From IMG/VR virus record IMGVR_UViG_3300025635_000113, positions 1 to 31,004 of that record: a stretch of DNA of 31,004 nucleotides. One strand, 5' to 3'. The number at the start of each line of letters is the position of its first letter. The stretch's first letter is position 1. The position numbers and the translations under genes were made by a program. The DNA comes from a virus (lineage: Duplodnaviria; Caudoviricetes). Positions 10,121 to 19,493 of this stretch are shown here, in pieces. The notes below the pieces were generated by a model that did no database searches, was not told the origin of the DNA, and saw only the letters and a program-made list of their open reading frames with translations.

Positions 10121-10579
10121 ATGAACGACCAATTAAAAATCAAAGGAATGTTCCGAGTACAACTTACCGAAGAGGGTAAGGTTGTTGGTGATTCTGGTTG
10201 GAAAAGAAACCAGATAACTAACGATGGATTTAACGATTACTTATGTAAAGCACTTGGTGCTGTGTCTGGTTCTAAACAAGTTTCACACCTTGCTTTAGGT
10301 ACTGGTGGTGTTCCTGCTGCTTCTGATACCACACTTGCTGGTGAAGTACAGAAACGACAAGCTGTTACTGCTGCAACAAGCTCATCAAGTAAAACTGTCA
10401 GATTTACAGGCACTTTCTCATCCGCTAATAGTTTTGTAACTGCAACTGCTAATGTATCAAACATAGGCTTGTTTAATTCAAGCTCAACTGGTACACTATT
10501 CGCAGGTAACACATTTGCTTCTAGCGCAGTAGCTACGAACCAGAACGTTAACGCAACTTACGACATTATATTCTCTTAG
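10121..10579 (+). CDS. Putative virion structural protein (Ser/Thr/Ala-rich beta protein)
   Basis: AGGAG SD and ATG 10121; NQITNDG...HLALGTG...SDTTLAGE...GLFN pattern resembling phage tail-associated proteins. Confidence 0.7.
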   Translation: MNDQLKIKGMFRVQLTEEGKVVGDSGWKRNQITNDGFNDYLCKALGAVSGSKQVSHLALGTGGVPAASDTTLAGEVQKRQAVTAATSSSSKTVRFTGTFSSANSFVTATANVSNIGLFNSSSTGTLFAGNTFASSAVATNQNVNATYDIIFS

Positions 10580-10586
10580 GAGGGAA

Positions 10587-11081
10587 ATGAAACAATTTAA
10601 TAAACAACAGGGTATTCGATTAGATATTGGCTGTGGTGCAAGCAAGCACCCCGGCTTTGTTGGTATAGACAAATTAAAACTGGAAGGTGTGGATATAGTC
10701 CACGATTTAGAAAAGACACCTTGGCCGTTAGAAGACGAATCAGTCCTAACCGCAGTAGCATCCCACGTGCTGGAACACATTAATCCAGCTAATGGGGTGT
10801 TTTTAGATGTTATGAACGAGATTTGGCGTGTGCTGAAGTATGACGGTCAGTTCGCCTTTGTAGTGCCTTACGCAGGCTCTCCTGGCTTCTGGCAGGACCC
10901 TACGCACTGTAACGGTATCACTGAAGCTACGATGTATTATTTTGACCCACTACACGAGTCAGGCTTTTATAATTTCTACAAACCAAAACCTTGGGCTATT
11001 GAACAGTTAAACTGGAATCATACAGGTAACTTAGAATGTGTATTACGTAAACGCAGAGAGGATGTGAGCTATGGAGTATAA
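10587..11081 (+). CDS. Class I SAM-dependent methyltransferase (Methyltransf_11-like)
   Basis: LDIGCG, DIVHDL, SHVLEH, EIWRVLK and DPTH motifs. Confidence 0.9.
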   Translation: MKQFNKQQGIRLDIGCGASKHPGFVGIDKLKLEGVDIVHDLEKTPWPLEDESVLTAVASHVLEHINPANGVFLDVMNEIWRVLKYDGQFAFVVPYAGSPGFWQDPTHCNGITEATMYYFDPLHESGFYNFYKPKPWAIEQLNWNHTGNLECVLRKRREDVSYGV

Positions 11082-11832
11082 CACTAAAATCAAGACTTCT
11101 AATTATCAACCAATTAAACGCATCCTAGTTGCCACACCAACATTAGGTAGGGTCAGGATGGAATGGGTTGCCGCACGTTACGGTCAGATAATCCCTACTA
11201 ATTGGGGGATGGTCCAGTACACGCAGTATATGAATAGCTTTATACCTATCCGCTATACCATAGCTGACGCACAGAATATCATTGTCAAAGAAGCCCTAGC
11301 TAATCAGTTTGAATGGCTACTACTCATAGAAGACGATACAATGCCACCACCAGATGGGTTTATAAAGGTCAATCAACACATGAAAAACGATGTACCTGTG
11401 GTGTCAGGACTGTACTACACCAAGTCTAACCCAAGCGAGCCACTAATTTACCGAGGTCGAGGTACAAGTTTCTACGATGACTGGAAACTAGGCGACCAAG
11501 TCTGGGCTGATGGCGTACCAACAGGTTTTCTATTGATTAACTGCCGACTCCTAAAGACAATGTGGGATGATTCGCCAGAATATATGGCAGGTGATGTTAA
11601 GACTCGCAGGGTGTTTGATAACCCAGAGAAGGTTTGGTTTGATGAAGAAACAGGTTCATTTAACACGACTACCGGAACATCAGACCTAGAATGGTGCACA
11701 CGTGTAATCGATGGCGACTACTTATCTAAAAGTGGATTTGGTAAAATAGGTAAGAAGAAGTATCCATTCTTAGTTGATACTTCAATCTTGTGCCGACACA
11801 TAACCCCAGACGGAGAAATATTTCCCAAATGA
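11071..11832 (+). CDS. Glycosyltransferase, GT-A/GT2-like (paralog-like to 4774..5613)
   Basis: ILVATPT, WLLLIEDD, VVSGLYY, PTGFLLI, SDLEWC and VDTSILCRH motifs. Confidence 0.8.
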   Translation: MEYNTKIKTSNYQPIKRILVATPTLGRVRMEWVAARYGQIIPTNWGMVQYTQYMNSFIPIRYTIADAQNIIVKEALANQFEWLLLIEDDTMPPPDGFIKVNQHMKNDVPVVSGLYYTKSNPSEPLIYRGRGTSFYDDWKLGDQVWADGVPTGFLLINCRLLKTMWDDSPEYMAGDVKTRRVFDNPEKVWFDEETGSFNTTTGTSDLEWCTRVIDGDYLSKSGFGKIGKKKYPFLVDTSILCRHITPDGEIFPK

Positions 11833-13799
11833 ACGATAACAACACAATAGTATTTGAAGACAACCAATTTGAAACGGTTGTTGGAGATGAAAAACAACCT
11901 GATTTCTATCCTAGAGTAAAAGTAAAACGCTGGGATAATGAGGTTAATTTTAGTGTTGGCGTAATTGACGACGGTGGTACAGCTGATTTTGATGGCAAAA
12001 CTGTAACTTGGACTAAAGACAGCACAACAGCTACTTTTTATCCAATAGACCAACAGAATACTTATACCCCATTAAAGATTAGACGAGTAGTTAAAAATGG
12101 TCAGTTATCGCCAACAGAAGCATCTAGCGAATATGAAGTCATGCGTACGCTACCTAAGGACACACTTAAAGAAACTATTACCATAGCAGATTATGTATGC
12201 CCGCCATGTATATGTGTTTTTGATTTAATGCCAACAAGAAGATACATGGAAGTAGATGAAAACGGTGATGCAAAAGATTTTAATTATGCTGATAAATCAA
12301 CTTATGGCGATGGAAGAAATTATCCTGTTTATGACAAGGTTCCAGTATGTAGGATTTATTCACCTTATTCGGCATCTGCAAATCCTTATTATGTTGATGA
12401 AGGATTGCATAATATCGACATACAATATGGACATAATGACGTTCCTTACATTAACAATGTATGGATAAACGCAATAAAGATTGTAGTTGAATCAAAAGGC
12501 GTCAAAGTATATCAAAAAGAACACCCGACTAAATTATTTTTTAAAGATGGCGATAGGTTAGTTAAGTTTCATTCAGCCGAAAACGCTCGTGGAGTGCTTG
12601 CGTGCTATATAAATATAAACTGCGAATACAACAAGTGTTACGATTTTTATAAACCAGATGTAGAAAAAGATGTTCGAAATGAATATGCGTATGGCTTACA
12701 GGCTGTTAATCCGAATATTGACCATACAATCGTAGATGAAATTATTGAAAAATTTGCTGAACTTATGAATGTTCAAATTGACAATACCGAATATACTGTT
12801 GCCGAAAAAACCGTATGGGATACTGTTAAGAATTTACACACAGATGTTGACTGGATACGAGATGGCGTTAGAACTGACGCTAATTGGTGGTACAGAAACA
12901 ATAGAAAAGGTTTTGAATTTGAAATCACACTAGATGAAAAGCCTACAACCAATATCTACCCACTATCAATCAAAACAAAAGGTTTAACATTCCATAAACA
13001 AAACGGACCAACATACGAAGAAAGATGCAATGAATTTGCTAGTTGCGACCCAGATGTTATTGGGTCTTATGCTGTTTATCACGCAGAAGGAAAAGAAAAT
13101 AATGAATACCAAACTGGAAAAGCATTTCATATATATCGCCCAATAGCCAATGATTCAAACGGTTGGCATATATTCTGTGATATGGAAATAGATATAGATA
13201 ACGAAATATTAAATATCACTATTCCACAAAACTTTTTAGATACAGCAGTTTATCCTATAACTATTGACCCAACATTTGGTTATACGTCAGCAGGTGCAAG
13301 CACATCGGCAAACATAGACAATATTTATGGTTCATTATTTACTCCACCACCTGTTGCAACTTGGGATTCAATAAGTGCTTATATAGACTGGACAACTCAT
13401 TCATCAACATCAATAAATCTTGGTGTGTATAAAGATTCAGATGACACATTAGTTACAAGTGTAGAAGCTGACGATGCAACCAATACTTTTGATGATTGGG
13501 TAACTCTACCACTAGATGGTGTAACAGAAAGAGTATCTTTGGGTGATGTAGTTTTATGTTCATGGGCTACAGCTACGGCATATTCACCAGCAGTAAATTT
13601 GCATTATGATGTTGTAACCAATTTTCCATATAAAAATAAAAATGTAACATATTCAGCGACTTATCCATCGCCAATTACTTGGGGAGTTGAATCTACCGGT
13701 AGAGAATATTCAATTTATGTGACTTATACAATCTCTGATAGGAATGTAAATATAACCGATGGTGAAAATAATCCAAAAGGTGTCAAGATATGGCCATAA
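11829..13799 (+). CDS. Putative virion protein with a central lipoate-ligase-like insertion
   Basis: Start at ATG 11829 (ATGA overlap). N-terminal PDFYPRVKVKRWDNEVNFS and later GSYAVYH..GKAFHIYRP..YPITIDPTFGY segments flank a ~270 aa insert. Confidence 0.65.
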   Translation: MNDNNTIVFEDNQFETVVGDEKQPDFYPRVKVKRWDNEVNFSVGVIDDGGTADFDGKTVTWTKDSTTATFYPIDQQNTYTPLKIRRVVKNGQLSPTEASSEYEVMRTLPKDTLKETITIADYVCPPCICVFDLMPTRRYMEVDENGDAKDFNYADKSTYGDGRNYPVYDKVPVCRIYSPYSASANPYYVDEGLHNIDIQYGHNDVPYINNVWINAIKIVVESKGVKVYQKEHPTKLFFKDGDRLVKFHSAENARGVLACYININCEYNKCYDFYKPDVEKDVRNEYAYGLQAVNPNIDHTIVDEIIEKFAELMNVQIDNTEYTVAEKTVWDTVKNLHTDVDWIRDGVRTDANWWYRNNRKGFEFEITLDEKPTTNIYPLSIKTKGLTFHKQNGPTYEERCNEFASCDPDVIGSYAVYHAEGKENNEYQTGKAFHIYRPIANDSNGWHIFCDMEIDIDNEILNITIPQNFLDTAVYPITIDPTFGYTSAGASTSANIDNIYGSLFTPPPVATWDSISAYIDWTTHSSTSINLGVYKDSDDTLVTSVEADDATNTFDDWVTLPLDGVTERVSLGDVVLCSWATATAYSPAVNLHYDVVTNFPYKNKNVTYSATYPSPITWGVESTGREYSIYVTYTISDRNVNITDGENNPKGVKIWP

Positions 13800-15547
13800 T
13801 CCAATTCCATACTCATGGTACAAGTTCTGGGGTTGAATATAACGCTTCTGGTGGGACAATAGCTTGGAACAGTACAGTACAATGGGATTTTAGCCCAATA
13901 TCGTTAGAAGTTAATCCAACCACAACTGCTGTTGGTTGGGTTGAAGTTGTCGGTGTTGGAACTAATGGAACTAATACTGCTTTTTCATTAGCAACAACGT
14001 ATGTAAGTTTTTATTTCAACTGTATAACTGCACCTGCGACTGGCTCTGAAGAAATAATACAAGTTAGACAGGGAACTAACATTAAATTTGCTGTTCGTAT
14101 TGATTCCGCAATGAAACTACATGGGTACAATGCTGGTGGCACAACTCAAGTAGGAACTGGTACAACAGTATTAAATGCACTTGAATGGTATAGATTAGAT
14201 TTGAAAGTTGGTTCATCTGCAACAGTCGGTGCATATGAATTAAAAATCAATGGAGCTACTGAATGGTCGGGTACAACAAACACTAATGCCAACAATGCTA
14301 CAAATGTGAGATTTGGAAAAGTCGCTGATAGAAGTGGACAATCAGTAGATTTTTATTATGGACCACTTATCATAGATGATGCAGCATATCAATCAGAAAA
14401 TTATTTTTATGGTACGAGCTGGAGTCCATCGGCAAACGGTTCAACTATGGACTGGACTAATGGAACAGCCCCATCAGATTATAGTCAAGTTTCTGAAGTA
14501 CCACCCGATAACACTACTTATGTCAGAAATACTGGTACGGCAGCAGGACAAGTAGCTTTATTTGATTTTGAAAATAGGTCAAATATTGGTTTCGACTTAA
14601 ACTCTATACCATTATCCGTTAAAGCTAGAATAAGAATTGCTGAAGATGCCGCTACAACATCTTCACAAAAAGTTCGCATGCGTTCACAAAATTCAACAAA
14701 TGCCGATAGTGCTGGATTTAATGGTACAACAACCTATGGCACATTAAGTTTACTGAGAAATACAGACCCACATACGTCGGCAGCTTGGACTGGTGCGGCA
14801 TTAGACGATATAGAAATTGGTGCGTTGGAAAGTAATGCAGTGGCAGATAGATGTTCATTTGTAATGTTAGATATTCTTTTTTATACACCAATTAAGCCCA
14901 GTGCTAGCGAATCAGTAACAACAACAGATTATCCGAATTACTACAAAGACAGAATTCTAGTAATAGAAAACGTTAATGTAGCTTTTGACGTTGTAACTAG
15001 AGTCATAAATGCTTCGGATTCAATATCAGTGTCTGAAAGTACAAATCGTTTGTTAGAGTCATTTATAAATAAATTAGAAACTATTGTATTATCTGAAAGC
15101 GTTAAAAATGAACTAGAAACACTTATACAAAAATCAGAAAGTGTTGGTGTAAGCGAAAACGTTGCTAATGAACTTATTAACTTTATCAACCAATCTGACA
15201 GTATCACTGTTGCAGAAAACATAAACCTATTAAATCTACTTGGTGTTATTATATCGGATACTGTTACGGCAACTGATATAGCTATCGCAGATGTTTTAAT
15301 TGAAACAAGTGCGTCAGATAATATAATTGCTGCTGAAGCAATCGGATTATCGTTAGAAAACTTTATTGCTGTAACCGAATCTGTCGTAGCTCTTGATACC
15401 GCTACCGTATCAGCCGACACTGGATTAAATATAAATGTATACGATATTGTGGGTGGTGACCCACCCAAATATATTTACACTACCGATGGAGAGGTACTTA
15501 TCTACGTAGCCAAATCAGGTACTAAGTGGTTCTACGAAAAAATATAA
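13790..15547 (+). CDS. Putative tail/virion protein: lectin-like N-terminus plus ~20-aa repeats
   Basis: EWYRLDLKV...YELKINGATE (ConA/LamG-like) and C-terminal repeats of the form IxxSESxxxSE. Confidence 0.65.
   Translation: MAIIQFHTHGTSSGVEYNASGGTIAWNSTVQWDFSPISLEVNPTTTAVGWVEVVGVGTNGTNTAFSLATTYVSFYFNCITAPATGSEEIIQVRQGTNIKFAVRIDSAMKLHGYNAGGTTQVGTGTTVLNALEWYRLDLKVGSSATVGAYELKINGATEWSGTTNTNANNATNVRFGKVADRSGQSVDFYYGPLIIDDAAYQSENYFYGTSWSPSANGSTMDWTNGTAPSDYSQVSEVPPDNTTYVRNTGTAAGQVALFDFENRSNIGFDLNSIPLSVKARIRIAEDAATTSSQKVRMRSQNSTNADSAGFNGTTTYGTLSLLRNTDPHTSAAWTGAALDDIEIGALESNAVADRCSFVMLDILFYTPIKPSASESVTTTDYPNYYKDRILVIENVNVAFDVVTRVINASDSISVSESTNRLLESFINKLETIVLSESVKNELETLIQKSESVGVSENVANELINFINQSDSITVAENINLLNLLGVIISDTVTATDIAIADVLIETSASDNIIAAEAIGLSLENFIAVTESVVALDTATVSADTGLNINVYDIVGGDPPKYIYTTDGEVLIYVAKSGTKWFYEKI
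15005..15410 (+). repeat. About 7 degenerate ~20-aa protein repeats
   Basis: INASDSISVSESTNRLLESF / INKLETIVLSESVKNELETL / IQKSESVGVSENVANELINF / INQSDSITVAENINLLNLLG ... Confidence 0.7.
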
Positions 15548-15550
15548 AGG

Positions 15551-15556
15551 TATAAT
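15551..15556 (+). promoter_or_regulatory. -10 box TATAAT, 6 nt before ATG 15563
   Basis: GGTATAAT-AGAGAT-ATG. Confidence 0.65.
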
Positions 15557-15562
15557 AGAGAT

Positions 15563-16222
15563 ATGGCATATACAGCAAATGACATAATCTCTCGGGTACA
15601 AGCCCGGCTCAAAGACGCAAGCGTATCAAATACGGCAATCTTGCAGTTTATTAACGATGTAAATCGTGAAATATGTAATCGTTATCAGTTAGACTTTATG
15701 CAGACTTCTACTACATTTAATACAACTGCTGGCGATAACACGTATGCTTTAACATCTATTGCTGCTGATATTCAACAACTATATAGTCTTAAATTGACTA
15801 CACCTGATAATGCTGAGCTATACTTACAACCAATGACAGCAGATGAATTTGATAGGGTGATACCAGATATTACTTCTCAATCACAAGGAGCACCAACTAA
15901 GTATTATCTTTGGAATGATGTTGTTAACCTATATCCTGTACCAGATGGTATTTATACTATTGAAGCACGATATATTAAAACTCCTACTACTCTAACTTCT
16001 GGCTCACAACCAGACATTCCTGAAGAGTTTAATGAAATAGTTGTTCTTGGCGCTTTATATAGAGCTATGCAGACTAATGATAACTTTGACCAGGCCTTAA
16101 TTATTAAAAGCCAAATGGATACTCAAGTTGTTGATATGTTAAAACGTTTAAGAGTATTTCCTGCCGGTGTTAATAGAGTGATGCCTACAAGACTCAGGAG
16201 AATTAACGAAGGAATACTATAA
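15563..16222 (+). CDS. Head-tail adaptor (tail tubular protein A-like)
   Basis: IISRVQARL..FIND, GAPTKYY, LYPVPD and PDIPEEF..IVVLGA motifs; precedes the nozzle gene. Confidence 0.78.
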   Translation: MAYTANDIISRVQARLKDASVSNTAILQFINDVNREICNRYQLDFMQTSTTFNTTAGDNTYALTSIAADIQQLYSLKLTTPDNAELYLQPMTADEFDRVIPDITSQSQGAPTKYYLWNDVVNLYPVPDGIYTIEARYIKTPTTLTSGSQPDIPEEFNEIVVLGALYRAMQTNDNFDQALIIKSQMDTQVVDMLKRLRVFPAGVNRVMPTRLRRINEGIL

Positions 16223-18183
16223 TGCCTAGAGTTTCAGACTTTATTAGGCAACCATCAGTAGCCCCAGCTAGTCCTAGAACTGCTGAGTATAATAATTTTG
16301 ATTTGTCTGGTGGCCTAAATACCTATGACCCACCTGAAGTAATCAAAGAAAAATTTACTCCGTATTGTTTGAATGCACGAATTAATAACTCTGGTCAGAT
16401 TGCTACACGAAAAGGCAATACTTCATATCTTGCACCACAGTCAGAAGCACTAGACCAATCACAAACATCTACTACTGGAGCATCAACTCAGAACATTAAT
16501 GTAACTACTTACTTGGCACAAAAGTTTACAGCTGGCTCTACAAAGAGAATTACTGCTGTAGATATTAACATCCGTAATACAGCATCTGGTCAAGGACCAG
16601 TTATTGTGTTTATTTGTGAAAATGCTGCAGGTTCACCTGGTGCAATACTTGCCCAGAGTAGTATTCCATCTAACCAAATCACGTCATCTTTTGCTTATAA
16701 AAACGCAAAATTCATAGAAGCGCCACTTCTTACATCTGGTACTGATTATTGGATTGTAGTTTATCTTAGTGAAAACTCAGCTAATAGTTACCAATGGAGC
16801 ACTACTACCAATACAGCACTAGGTAAAAACTCAGTAAACTACGGCACAAGTTGGTCTAGTATATCTGCCTCATTCAATTACAAGACGTATATGAGTGATG
16901 ACAAGCCTGTATTAGGTTTATACAGGGCATACTTTAGCAATGGTAGTCGTCGTACACTTATGGCCGTTGATACTAAACTATATTCTTACAATGACTCTAC
17001 TGTGACTACTGTTAAAACGGGCCTATCGTCATCTGCTACGCAGTATTGGTTTGCACAAGCTAAAGACTACGTATTTTACACTAATGGTTATGACGCACCA
17101 CGTAAATGGGATGGTACAACTGATTCAGTGATTGGTGGCTCTCCACCTACATTCAAACAGATTATTGTACACAAGAACCGTCTATGGGGTGTAGATGCTT
17201 CTGACCCTACTAAGATATTCTTTTCAGATGAAACAGAATATGAAAAATACACTTCAACTAACTTTGTATATATTCCAGCTCCTAAAACCGCCGACCCAAT
17301 TACCGCTATGGAGATTATCCAAGATAACCTTATAGTTTGGACACGCAACAACAAATACGTATTATATGGTTCTGACCTTACTAACTTTGTGCTTCGTAAA
17401 GCAGCATCGAATAAGGGTGCAATCAATGACCAGGTTACCCAGGTTTATCAAAACTACGCCTTTTATCTATCTGATGACGGTGTATATATGTTTAACGGTG
17501 CGTCAGATAAAATCATATCTTCCAAGATTAAATCCAAAATTAGTGATATAGCAGATAAGACCAGATGTACTTCAGCACTGTATGACAACAAATACTACCT
17601 GTTTTACCCATCTCCAGGACAAGCCCTTAACAATAAATGTTTAGTTTATGACCTAGTGTATGAATCTTGGTGGGATGATGACAATACCTTTATATCTCAA
17701 GCCTACACATTTAATGGTAATGGTGACTCAGGCCAGTTAGTAGTTGGTTCTAACCGTGCTGGGTTCTTAATGACTGCCGACACCGACACCAATGATATGG
17801 GTAAACGTATTTCTTTTGAATATCGCAGTAAATACTTCTCTTATGGTCACCCATCCAGATACAAACGTTTACGTAGTTTCTACCCACAATTAGAACCACA
17901 AGATACTGCATTTAACGTAGCCGTACAACACGACACTGACCTTAAGAATAGTGTTATTGGTACTGACCTAAACACAGGTGCAACTGGTATATCTTGGGGT
18001 GGTGGTAGTTATTGGGGTGGTGGTTCAACTTGGGGTAGCAATAAATTACTTGACCCTAGCATTGCTCCAACTTCTGTACCTAGATTCAAATACATACAAC
18101 ACCGATTGAAAGTAACCGGAATTGATACGCCAGTAACATTGTTTGGCTACACTGCTTATTATCAGATACAGAGGAACCAGTAA
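16222..18183 (+). CDS. Tail nozzle/stabilisation protein (tubular protein B / P22 gp10-like beta-propeller) with an inserted beta-sandwich
   Basis: DLSGGLN, ATRKG, HKNRLW, IFFSD, FYLSDDGVY and LVYDL motifs; 653 aa; TAATG overlap. Confidence 0.78.
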   Translation: MPRVSDFIRQPSVAPASPRTAEYNNFDLSGGLNTYDPPEVIKEKFTPYCLNARINNSGQIATRKGNTSYLAPQSEALDQSQTSTTGASTQNINVTTYLAQKFTAGSTKRITAVDINIRNTASGQGPVIVFICENAAGSPGAILAQSSIPSNQITSSFAYKNAKFIEAPLLTSGTDYWIVVYLSENSANSYQWSTTTNTALGKNSVNYGTSWSSISASFNYKTYMSDDKPVLGLYRAYFSNGSRRTLMAVDTKLYSYNDSTVTTVKTGLSSSATQYWFAQAKDYVFYTNGYDAPRKWDGTTDSVIGGSPPTFKQIIVHKNRLWGVDASDPTKIFFSDETEYEKYTSTNFVYIPAPKTADPITAMEIIQDNLIVWTRNNKYVLYGSDLTNFVLRKAASNKGAINDQVTQVYQNYAFYLSDDGVYMFNGASDKIISSKIKSKISDIADKTRCTSALYDNKYYLFYPSPGQALNNKCLVYDLVYESWWDDDNTFISQAYTFNGNGDSGQLVVGSNRAGFLMTADTDTNDMGKRISFEYRSKYFSYGHPSRYKRLRSFYPQLEPQDTAFNVAVQHDTDLKNSVIGTDLNTGATGISWGGGSYWGGGSTWGSNKLLDPSIAPTSVPRFKYIQHRLKVTGIDTPVTLFGYTAYYQIQRNQ

Positions 18184-18662
18184 TGCCAGTACCATATTGG
18201 ATTGATACCAATACACCATACAATGACGTGCTTAGCTTTGTTAATGACAACTTTCAAAGTATTGCTACGACACCTAAAGAAATGGGTATTCGCTACACTA
18301 CTACGGCTACATTTAATACAGGGTCAGTCGCTGCTGGTGCAACCTTTTATCAGATAGTTAGTATTCTCAACCCATCTGAAACAGCATCTGGTAACTATGT
18401 AAACACAGAAAAAACCGTATCAGCAATATCTCTTGTTACACCTTTAATGGACATATATGTGGATAACTATAACGACCCCAACTATTTATTTCCTAATGGT
18501 GGTGGTATGACATCCGGCCAACAAAGTGTTACATTTTCTCACTATGCTAATAACACCAATGTAGCTAGTGGCAAACTATCATTTGTTATAACTGGACGCA
18601 ATAATGATTCATCAGCACATACGTATTACTTCAAATTAAAAGTAGGATACATACCATATTAA
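18183..18662 (+). CDS. Hypothetical virion protein
   Basis: 159 aa, T/S/N-rich, translationally coupled to the nozzle gene. Confidence 0.65.
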   Translation: MPVPYWIDTNTPYNDVLSFVNDNFQSIATTPKEMGIRYTTTATFNTGSVAAGATFYQIVSILNPSETASGNYVNTEKTVSAISLVTPLMDIYVDNYNDPNYLFPNGGGMTSGQQSVTFSHYANNTNVASGKLSFVITGRNNDSSAHTYYFKLKVGYIPY

Positions 18663-18666
18663 GAAT

Positions 18667-18692
18667 TTGACAAATATTTTTATAGGTATAAT
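18667..18692 (+). promoter_or_regulatory. Promoter: TTGACA-14 nt-TATAAT, with the -10 box 6 nt before ATG 18699
   Basis: TTGACA at 18667-72; GGTATAAT-AGAACT-ATG. Confidence 0.7.
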
Positions 18693-18698
18693 AGAACT

Positions 18699-19493
18699 AT
18701 GGCAAGAGAAATAGACCAAATAATGCAAGAACTTGAGGCAGCCTATGCTCCTCAGAAGAAACAGTATCAGGAACAGATTTCTGCACTTCCTTCTTATTAT
18801 CAAGCTCAAACAGCTGGTTTAGAGCAAGCTAGACAAAATGCTTTTCAAGATATTGTAAGACGTGCAAATGCTCGTGGTGTTGTTTATTCTGGTGCCCCTA
18901 TCCAAGAACAACAGATTTATACCGGTGAACGTTACCTTCCTGCACTTGCAAACCTAAGTCAGCAAGAAGGAACCCAGACTTTTAACTTGCGACAAGCACT
19001 AAACAAAATTGGTGAAACCCAGCGTTTAGCTGCTGAACAGATTAGACAGCAAGAACTCAACCGTGAAGAAGCTGCTCGACAAGCAGAAGCTAACAGACGT
19101 GCTGCTGCTGCTGCTTATGGTGGATTTGGCAGTATGGGTGGAGGTGGTGGCACCGATATGGGTGTTGCTACTGGAGGTGGTATTGATTATACTGCTGCGG
19201 CTAAAGGTTTGGCTATGCAAAGATTACAAGACGCTAAAAACGCTGGTTTGACTAATGTTAAATCTGGTTACAGAGAACAAGTATTAAATGAACTTCAACA
19301 AAACTTTGGTAATACTGTGCCTGCCGATGTTCTTAATAGAATTATTTATAATGATGTGTTCCCTGTTGGTTGGGAAGGCCCAAGAGCAAGACGAGCAACT
19401 TTGCAAGAAATTAAAGCTGGTAAACCATTTATATCAGGAGGAAGTAATTGGTTTGCTAATACCGCATTAGGTTATCAGTTAGGATTTAGATAA
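18699..19493 (+). CDS. Putative internal virion/ejection protein
   Basis: Q/A-rich helical protein with NARGVVYSG motif and Gly-rich linker, located after the nozzle gene. Confidence 0.6.
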   Translation: MAREIDQIMQELEAAYAPQKKQYQEQISALPSYYQAQTAGLEQARQNAFQDIVRRANARGVVYSGAPIQEQQIYTGERYLPALANLSQQEGTQTFNLRQALNKIGETQRLAAEQIRQQELNREEAARQAEANRRAAAAAYGGFGSMGGGGGTDMGVATGGGIDYTAAAKGLAMQRLQDAKNAGLTNVKSGYREQVLNELQQNFGNTVPADVLNRIIYNDVFPVGWEGPRARRATLQEIKAGKPFISGGSNWFANTALGYQLGFR

